Positions 57,631 to 64,000 of a stretch of DNA of 64,000 bases are shown one piece after another (within the stretch, counting starts at the first letter, position 1; each line of letters opens with the position of its first letter). The DNA comes from an uncultured Eubacteriales bacterium (lineage in GTDB: Bacteria > Acidobacteriota > Aminicenantia > Aminicenantales > Saccharicenantaceae): positions 38,168 to 102,167 of the forward strand of contig CAZGJS010000010.1 in the NCBI GenBank assembly GCA_964525875.1, written 5' to 3'. Under the pieces are notes generated by a model. That model worked only from the letters and a program-made list of their open reading frames with translations, was not told the origin of the DNA and did not search any database. A program made the translations under genes and the position numbers.

Positions 57631-60476
57631 AGTTCATGTCCTGAGGATGAGGATTTCGGGTTCCGGGAGCCGTCCCGGCCGACCGGCAGAATGATGGTGA
57701 ACGTGGAGCCGCGGCCGACCTCGCTCTGGACCTGGATGTGGCCGTCGTGCTCCTTGACAGTGGCGTAGCTGATGGACAGGCCGAGCCCCGTTCCCTTGCC
57801 GACTCCTTTCGTCGTGAAGAAAGGGTCGAAGATGTGGGAGATGTGCTCGGGCTTGATGCCCGTCCCGGTGTCCGAGACGCGGACGACCGCGGCCTCGTTC
57901 TCCTGGGACAGCCGGATCCGCAAGTCGCCGCCCTGGGGCATGGCGTCCAGGGCATTGAGGATGATGTTGATGAAAACCTGCTGGAGCCGCTCGCCCTGGG
58001 CGTGGAGCGGCGGGACGGATTCGAGCTCGAGCGCGAGACGGATGTTCATGTTCTTCAGCTTGTGGTCGATGAGCGACAGGATCTCCTCGATGCTTTCCTT
58101 GAGGTCGACGCGCTGGAACGAGGCGTCGGACGGGCTGCGGGCGAACGTCAGGAGGTTCTTGATGATGCGGGCGACACGGTCGGTCTGCGCCTCGATCTTC
58201 TCCAGGATCTGGGCGTAGTGAGTGCCGGCCAGCGTTTTCTGAAGCATCTGGATGTAGCTCGAGATCCCCGTCAAGGGCGTGTTGATCTCGTGAGCGACGC
58301 CGGCCGAGAGCAGTCCGATCGAGGCGAGCTTTTCCGAGGTCAGGAGCTGCTGCTGGAGTTGGATCTTGTCGGTGATGTCCTCGAAGACGATGATAGTCCC
58401 GTAGGCCCGCAGGGCGTTGTCCAGGAGCGGTGTCCGGGCGATGTCGAAGATCTTCTTCCCGCCCCCGGCCGTCTCCAGCGTGATCTCGCTCAGGAGCCGG
58501 AAGTCCTGCTGGGTTTCCGGCGGGAACAGGGCGCTGAACGTGGTCGGGCCAAGGACGTCCCGGAGCCGATTCCCGATGGCCACCTCTTTCCGGACAGAAA
58601 TCTGGTCCTCGAGGACCCTGTTCCAGCCGATGACGACGCCGTCCTCGTCGATGACCGAGACGCCCACGGTCAGGCTCTCGATGATGTTCTCGCTGTAGTC
58701 CTTGAGCCGCTGCATCTCCATGGCCCGGACGGTCTCGCGGCTGTAGAGGTCGGCGTTCTCCAGGGCCAGGGCCGCCGGGCCGGATATCGTCGTCAGAAGC
58801 TCCCAATCCTCCCTGGAGAAAAAGGACCCATCCTGTTTTTTGCCCATAACCAGGCAGCCAATGACCTTGTCCTCGACCTTGAGCGGGAGGACATGGTAAA
58901 AGCCGAGGGCCGAGAGTTTTTCCGCCGCCGCCCGGGCCGCTTCCGACTCGGAGGAGGAAACGAACGACAGGGTGTCTTTTTCCCGGAGTTCGCGGACGAG
59001 CCAATCGTCGAACGGGACCTGGAAGGGCACGGTCGGCTCCTCGCCCTTGGCTTTGAGGACCTTGAAGCCCGACGGATCGTTTTCGTCGGCCAGGAGAAGG
59101 GCGACGGTCTTCAAGGAAAGGGCGTTGGCGATGGCTTCGAGGAGGGACTTGGCGAGTTTTTGGAGGTTCCGCTCGCGGCTGAGCTCGCGGATGATGGACA
59201 GGAGCGTCCTCCGGTATTCGTAGCTCCTTTTATAGATGGCCCTGTCGAGGAGGCTCTGGAACAGCTTCTTGAGAGGCGTGAACAGCGTCGCCCCGAGGAC
59301 GATGGCCAGGATGCCGAGGACGATGGCGTTGAGGCGGTTTTCCGAGAATATCCGGGTCCGGGAGCTGATGAAGAAATAGACGAAGGCGATGACGAAGAAG
59401 GAGAAGATCAGGGTGGCCGCCTTTTTCAGGAGGACCTCGATGTCGACCAGCCGGTAGCGGGAGATGGAATAGGAGAAGGCCAGGGGGACGAGGGCCTGGA
59501 GAAGGACCGTCAGCTCGGCGCCCGTGGACGGGCGTCCGCCGGCGATGAAGGGCACGAGGTAAAAGACCGTCGACGGGAGGATGCCGAAGGCCAGGGCGTA
59601 GACGATGATCCGGAGCTGCTTCTTGACCAGGATCGTCGGCGCCCGGAGGGTGCTATGGGCGAGGATCCCCAGGGTGACGAGGGCGAACACGGCGAAGTGG
59701 AGGAGCTCGAAGCGCTCGAGCCCGTCCTGGTAGCGGAGGATGGCCGCCTCGCTCCATTGGGGAGGGAGCGGGATGTGGAAGCGCACGCGGGCGAGGACGA
59801 GGAGCGCGGCCGGGGCGTAGAGGAAGGGGAGAACGCTGGAGCGGTTCTTGAGGAAGCGTTTCCGCAGCGGGAAGATCATGAAAAAGTGGAGGAGGAGGGG
59901 CGGAAAAGCCAGGAAGCCGGCCTTGTCCAGGCCGTAGAAGGCCATATCGAGCGGCGTCATCGCGCCGGTCGGGGAGAAGATGCAGAAAACGGCGAAGGCC
60001 AGGGCCAGGAGGTAGAAGAAAACGTAGGGCAGGGACAGCTGGCCCTTCGAATTGAAGAAGACGACGAAGCCGATGACGAGGGTTGTCAGGCCGACGAGGA
60101 CGAGATAAAAATAGATGGGGTTGGGACCCCTCTTGCGGAGATTGAAAGTGGGGTAGATCTGCATCCCCTCTTTGTTGATCTGGTAGGTGACGCTCTGGTC
60201 GGTCGCAGCGGCCTGCCAGAGGTTCTTGAGGACGTCGATCTTCGTCCGCACGGGCACCCTATTGATGGCCGTGAGGATGTCCCCCTTGCGGATGTTGACC
60301 CGGAGAAAGGCCTCGCTCGTCGGGTCGACGCTGACGGCCCTGAGGCCGGTCGATGTCTCCTTCCAGGTGATCCCGTCCGTGACGTCCTTCCAGGTCGCCT
60401 TCTTGTAGACGTTCATCGTCCCCAGGACGAGGACGGCGAGGACCGGGATGAGGATGAAAATCAGGGCCTTTTTCAT
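57627..60476 (-). CDS. Membrane sensor histidine kinase (PDZ-like, multi-TM, GAF, PAS, HisKA, HATPase)
   Basis: AHEINTPL, QVFINIILNA, DTGTG, FDPFFTTK, GTGLGL. Overlaps the regulator start. Confidence 0.93.
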   Translation of the reverse strand: MKKALIFILIPVLAVLVLGTMNVYKKATWKDVTDGITWKETSTGLRAVSVDPTSEAFLRVNIRKGDILTAINRVPVRTKIDVLKNLWQAAATDQSVTYQINKEGMQIYPTFNLRKRGPNPIYFYLVLVGLTTLVIGFVVFFNSKGQLSLPYVFFYLLALAFAVFCIFSPTGAMTPLDMAFYGLDKAGFLAFPPLLLHFFMIFPLRKRFLKNRSSVLPFLYAPAALLVLARVRFHIPLPPQWSEAAILRYQDGLERFELLHFAVFALVTLGILAHSTLRAPTILVKKQLRIIVYALAFGILPSTVFYLVPFIAGGRPSTGAELTVLLQALVPLAFSYSISRYRLVDIEVLLKKAATLIFSFFVIAFVYFFISSRTRIFSENRLNAIVLGILAIVLGATLFTPLKKLFQSLLDRAIYKRSYEYRRTLLSIIRELSRERNLQKLAKSLLEAIANALSLKTVALLLADENDPSGFKVLKAKGEEPTVPFQVPFDDWLVRELREKDTLSFVSSSESEAARAAAEKLSALGFYHVLPLKVEDKVIGCLVMGKKQDGSFFSREDWELLTTISGPAALALENADLYSRETVRAMEMQRLKDYSENIIESLTVGVSVIDEDGVVIGWNRVLEDQISVRKEVAIGNRLRDVLGPTTFSALFPPETQQDFRLLSEITLETAGGGKKIFDIARTPLLDNALRAYGTIIVFEDITDKIQLQQQLLTSEKLASIGLLSAGVAHEINTPLTGISSYIQMLQKTLAGTHYAQILEKIEAQTDRVARIIKNLLTFARSPSDASFQRVDLKESIEEILSLIDHKLKNMNIRLALELESVPPLHAQGERLQQVFINIILNALDAMPQGGDLRIRLSQENEAAVVRVSDTGTGIKPEHISHIFDPFFTTKGVGKGTGLGLSISYATVKEHDGHIQVQSEVGRGSTFTIILPVGRDGSRNPKSSSSGHEL

Positions 60477-60524
60477 CGGCCCCGGCATCCAAAAAATTGA
60501 ATCCGAACCATAAAAAAAAACCCC

Positions 60525-60800
60525 TCAGTCGAGAATATGCCGCGACCCGGCCCGGATAGCCCAAGGGACGGAGCCTTGGCCGAGCATTCGCCGGGCCGCC
60601 GGGTCCTCCTTGAGGCCTAGCGGGTGCGTGCTCCGGGACAGGAACGAGCTCATGTAATCGTAGCTGGGTTTACGGACTTCCTGGGGAGGCGGCTCCTGGC
60701 CCGTCTGCGACGGTCCGGGCCGGATCGCCGGCGCGGCGAGAAAGAGGCCGAAAACCGCTCCGGCGAGCGCTCCCGAGACGGCCCTCGTGGTTTTCTTCAC
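60525..60800 (-). CDS. Small hypothetical exported protein
   Basis: GTG start, hydrophobic N-terminus, upstream minus-strand TTGACA. No recognisable domain. Confidence 0.4.
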   Translation of the reverse strand: MKKTTRAVSGALAGAVFGLFLAAPAIRPGPSQTGQEPPPQEVRKPSYDYMSSFLSRSTHPLGLKEDPAARRMLGQGSVPWAIRAGSRHILD

Positions 60801-60875
60801 AGCATTAATAGTTAACCCTTATCCCGGCATTTGTCAACAGTTAGGGTTTCCCGGCCGTACCCGGCAGACCCGGGT

Positions 60876-60904
60876 TTGACAATATTGATGCCCTGGAATA
60901 GATT
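60876..60904 (+). promoter_or_regulatory. Putative sigma70 promoter of the pil operon
   Basis: TTGACA-N17-TAGATT. Confidence 0.6.
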
Positions 60905-60937
60905 AATTGCGACTAAATCAAGAGGGAATCCGCGAAA

Positions 60938-62146
60938 ATGCCTTACTACCAGTGCCGGATCGCCGGCGAGGACGGCCGGATCGACGTCCGGTCCGTCCTG
61001 GCGCCGACGGCCGGGGAATGCCGGAAGGCCATCGAGGCGGAAGGCGCACTCGTTCTCTCTGTCCGGCGCGACTGGAGCAGGCTCGGAGGCCAGGGCCTCC
61101 GCCTGGGGCGCAAGGTCAAGGACCGGGACATCATCCTGTTCAACCAGGAACTCGTCGCGTTGATCAAAGCGGGCTACCCGATCCTCAAGAGTCTCGAGGT
61201 GATCTCCTCCCGGGCCAAGAACATTTTCCTCAGGCAGATCCTGATCAAGGTGGCCGAAGAGGTCAAGCGGGGCAAGGCCCTGTCCGAGGCCTTCCTGCCC
61301 TACGAGGAGTTGTTCTCCCCGGTCTACACGGCCAGCCTGATGGCCGGGGAAAAAGGCGGCAACCTCCCTGGGTCGATCGGCCGGTACATCCAGTACGCCA
61401 AGGTGGTCACCCAGACCCGGGCCAAGATCAAGTCGGCCATGACCTACCCGACGATCCTCATCGTCTTCTCCTTCGGTCTCATGGGCATCCTGGTCAACTT
61501 CGTCCTGCCCCAGTTCGCGGATTTCTACAAGAGCTTCGAGGCCGACATGCCCCGGATCACCCGCATCATCATGACTTTCGCCACGACCACGAGCCGGCGG
61601 TGGTACGTTATAATGACGGCGTTCGCGGCGGTCGCTTTCCTCCTGGCCAGGCTGAGGCGGCGGCCGGATTTCCGCTATCAGATGGACAGGTTCAAGCTCC
61701 GCGTGCCCTTCGGCCGGACGATCTGGCTCGAGTCGGGCCTCAGCCTCTTCAGCCGGACCCTGGGCCTCCTCCTCGAGGCGGGCATCTCGCTCATCTCGGC
61801 CATCGGCATCGCCATCCAGGCCGTGCCCAATGCCTGGATCGTCCGTCACATGCAGGACGTTCCGGACCACATCAAAAACGGCGAGAGTCTGTCCGAGTCC
61901 CTGGCCAAGGCCGGGACGTTCCCGGCCCTGGCCCTGGACATGGTCCGCATCGGGGAGTCGTCGGCCAACCTCCAGGGCATGCTCGGGGACATGGCCGACT
62001 TTTATGACGAGCGCGTTCGTGGTAAAATCGAAACGCTGGTCAACCTGGTCGAGCCCGTGGTCATCATTTTCATGGGGCTCGTGGTGGCGGCGATGCTTCT
62101 TTCGGTGTACATACCGATCTTCAACATCATCCGGATCGCCCGGTAG
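60938..62146 (+). CDS. pilC: Type IV pilus/T2SS inner-membrane platform protein (PilC/GspF)
   Basis: AGEKGGNL, AMTYP, MVRIGESS, LVEPVVI, YIPIF. Confidence 0.9.
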   Translation: MPYYQCRIAGEDGRIDVRSVLAPTAGECRKAIEAEGALVLSVRRDWSRLGGQGLRLGRKVKDRDIILFNQELVALIKAGYPILKSLEVISSRAKNIFLRQILIKVAEEVKRGKALSEAFLPYEELFSPVYTASLMAGEKGGNLPGSIGRYIQYAKVVTQTRAKIKSAMTYPTILIVFSFGLMGILVNFVLPQFADFYKSFEADMPRITRIIMTFATTTSRRWYVIMTAFAAVAFLLARLRRRPDFRYQMDRFKLRVPFGRTIWLESGLSLFSRTLGLLLEAGISLISAIGIAIQAVPNAWIVRHMQDVPDHIKNGESLSESLAKAGTFPALALDMVRIGESSANLQGMLGDMADFYDERVRGKIETLVNLVEPVVIIFMGLVVAAMLLSVYIPIFNIIRIAR

Positions 62147-62167
62147 GCGGCCCGAAAGGCGCGAGAC

Positions 62168-63775
62168 ATGAGCAAGGATAGACTGGATAACGTCGGCGGC
62201 GAGGAAAAGGCCACCCGGGTTCTGGCCGAACGCTACCGCGTTCCCTTTCTCGACCTCGAAACCGAACGGCTCGACCGCAACCTCATCCAGTCGTTCCCCG
62301 TCGAATTCCTCCACCGTCTCAACTTCGTCCCCCTCGGCGACGAGGGCGGCGTCATGAAGATCGCCGTCGCCGACCCCTCCGACATCGCCGCCATCGACGC
62401 CATCGAGGCCTTCCTGGGGAAAAAGGTCAAGGTCTACGCGGCCTCCAAGCGGGCCATCCTCGAGGCCCTGAGGAAGAGCGAGACGGCCATGCAGGTCCTC
62501 CGCGACGCCACCGAGGGCTTCATCACCCAGGTCGTCGAGCGCGAGAGCGGGGAGGAAGAGGACGTCATCTCCATCGAGAAGCTGGCCGACCAGGACGGTT
62601 CGATCATCAAGCTCGTCCACACGATCATCTTCACCGCCGTCCAGAAGCGGGCGAGCGACGTCCACATCGAATCCAAGGACGACGACGTCAAGATCAAGTT
62701 CCGGATCGACGGCGTCCTCGGCGAGGCGATGGAGGCCATCGACAAGAAGTTCCAGTCGCCCATCATCTCCCGCATCAAGGTCATGTCCGACCTGGACATC
62801 GCCGAGCGCCGCGTCCCCCAGGACGGCCGCTTCCGACTCAAGATCAAGGACAAGACCATCGATTTCCGCGTCTCCATCATGCCCTGCATCTACGGCGAGG
62901 ACGCGGTCATCCGCATCCTCGACAAGGAGATGATCACCCAGGCCATCCGCGAGCTGCGCGTGGACCTCCTCGGCTTCTCCGACGAGATCCAGAAGAAATT
63001 CCGCAAGTACATCGCCCAACCCTACGGCATGGTCCTGGTCACCGGGCCGACGGGCAGCGGCAAGACGACAACCCTCTACGCGGCCTTGACGGAGATCAAG
63101 TCCCCGGAAGACAAAATCGTCACCATCGAGGACCCCGTCGAGTACCAAGTCGACGGCATCACCCAGATCCCCGTCAACGAGAAGAAGGGCCTGACCTTCG
63201 CCCGGGGGCTGCGCTCCATCCTCCGCCACGACCCGGACAAGATCATGGTCGGCGAGATCCGCGACCCCGAGACGGCCCAGATCGCCATCCAGTCCGCTCT
63301 GACCGGCCACCTCGTCTTCACGACCGTCCACGCCAACAACGTCTTCGATGTCATCGGGCGCTTCCTCCACATGCAGGTCGACCCCTACAGCTTCATCTCG
63401 GCCCTCAACTGCATCCTGGCCCAGCGCCTGGTCCGCGTCCTCTGCCCGCGCTGCAAGGTCCCCGTCCGCTACGGCGCCCCGCAGCTCGCGGAGTCGGGCC
63501 TCGATCCGACCCGCCACGCGGAGACCGTCTTCTTCGAGCCGAAGGGCTGTTCCGAATGCAATTTCACGGGCTACCAGGGCCGGACGGCCATCGCCGAGAT
63601 CCTCGAGCTCTCGGATCCCATCCGGGAGCTCATCCTCGAAAAAAGGCCCCTCTCCGAGGTCAAGAAACGGGCCAAGGCGGAGGGCATGGTGTTCTTGAGA
63701 GAAGTCGGCTTGGACAAGGTCCTGGCGGGGATAACCAGCCTCAAGGACCTGAACAAAGTGACTTTTGTGGAGTGA
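62168..63775 (+). CDS. pilB: Type IV pilus/T2SS assembly ATPase (PilB/GspE)
   Basis: RASDVHIE, DIAERRVPQDGR, GPTGSGKTTTLY, LRHDPD, CPRC...CSEC zinc motif. Confidence 0.92.
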   Translation: MSKDRLDNVGGEEKATRVLAERYRVPFLDLETERLDRNLIQSFPVEFLHRLNFVPLGDEGGVMKIAVADPSDIAAIDAIEAFLGKKVKVYAASKRAILEALRKSETAMQVLRDATEGFITQVVERESGEEEDVISIEKLADQDGSIIKLVHTIIFTAVQKRASDVHIESKDDDVKIKFRIDGVLGEAMEAIDKKFQSPIISRIKVMSDLDIAERRVPQDGRFRLKIKDKTIDFRVSIMPCIYGEDAVIRILDKEMITQAIRELRVDLLGFSDEIQKKFRKYIAQPYGMVLVTGPTGSGKTTTLYAALTEIKSPEDKIVTIEDPVEYQVDGITQIPVNEKKGLTFARGLRSILRHDPDKIMVGEIRDPETAQIAIQSALTGHLVFTTVHANNVFDVIGRFLHMQVDPYSFISALNCILAQRLVRVLCPRCKVPVRYGAPQLAESGLDPTRHAETVFFEPKGCSECNFTGYQGRTAIAEILELSDPIRELILEKRPLSEVKKRAKAEGMVFLREVGLDKVLAGITSLKDLNKVTFVE

Positions 63776-63779
63776 CCGC

Positions 63780-64000
63780 GTGACACTAGGTAAAAGGCTC
63801 AAGTCTCATTTCCAGGACCGCCTGCTGCCCGACGCCGTCTTTCAGCTCTCCCCGGCCTTCCTGAGCGGCATCCGCGTCTCGAAAAAAGACGGGTCGGTCA
63901 GGGGCGGGTTCGTCCTGCCCTTGCGGGACCGCCCCCTCAGTCCGTCGTTCGACCGTCCCAACGTGATCGACCCCGCGGTCCTCGAGGAGGCCATCGCCCA
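63780..64000 (+). CDS. Probable PilM-like pilus assembly protein, runs off the window edge
   Basis: Open frame from GTG 63780: MTLGKRLKSHFQDRLLPDAVFQLSP...PSFDRPNVIDPAVLEEAI. Assigned mainly from its position after pilC-pilB. Confidence 0.55.
   Translation, partial: MTLGKRLKSHFQDRLLPDAVFQLSPAFLSGIRVSKKDGSVRGGFVLPLRDRPLSPSFDRPNVIDPAVLEEAIA

Noticed and set aside
57738-63802. Very long antisense ORFs (57738-60500 +, 60812-63802 -) and similar ones throughout the window
   Set aside because: They mirror well-supported genes on the opposite strand, as expected from high-GC codon bias, and have no motifs.

Overview
GC-rich bacterial chromosomal window. Gene content suggests a sugar- and peptide-scavenging anaerobe such as Ca. 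Aminicenantes/Acidobacteriota; this is an inference. It holds about 50 CDS. Carbohydrate functions: a Tat-exported Gfo/Idh/MocA + TIM-barrel + HEAT-repeat oxidation cluster, a GH29 fucosidase, two unclassified glycoside-hydrolase-like proteins and two UroD-fold proteins. Transport and peptide functions: an MCE/Mla system and many peptidases and peptide or amino-acid transporters. Other loci: the S2P-scpAB-rpsA-ihf-HIT-ppiD block, a glnA/Lrp/speD locus, a sigma-54 two-component system and pilC-pilB-pilM. One intact IS630 sits in the hairpin loop of a small IS200/IS605-like element. No tRNA, rRNA or CRISPR was seen. The most unusual signal is non-coding. (i) A ~150-nt structured element occurs in three copies with compensatory base changes, minus-strand-biased G-U/G-T wobbles and a variable slot, which in one copy carries an 80-nt module that also occurs alone at 1781. 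(ii) Several GGGGWCA-type palindrome families occur, two copies of which are translated as protein N-termini and one of which supplies a promoter -35 box. A DUF853 ATPase gene appears collapsed by an in-frame internal deletion.
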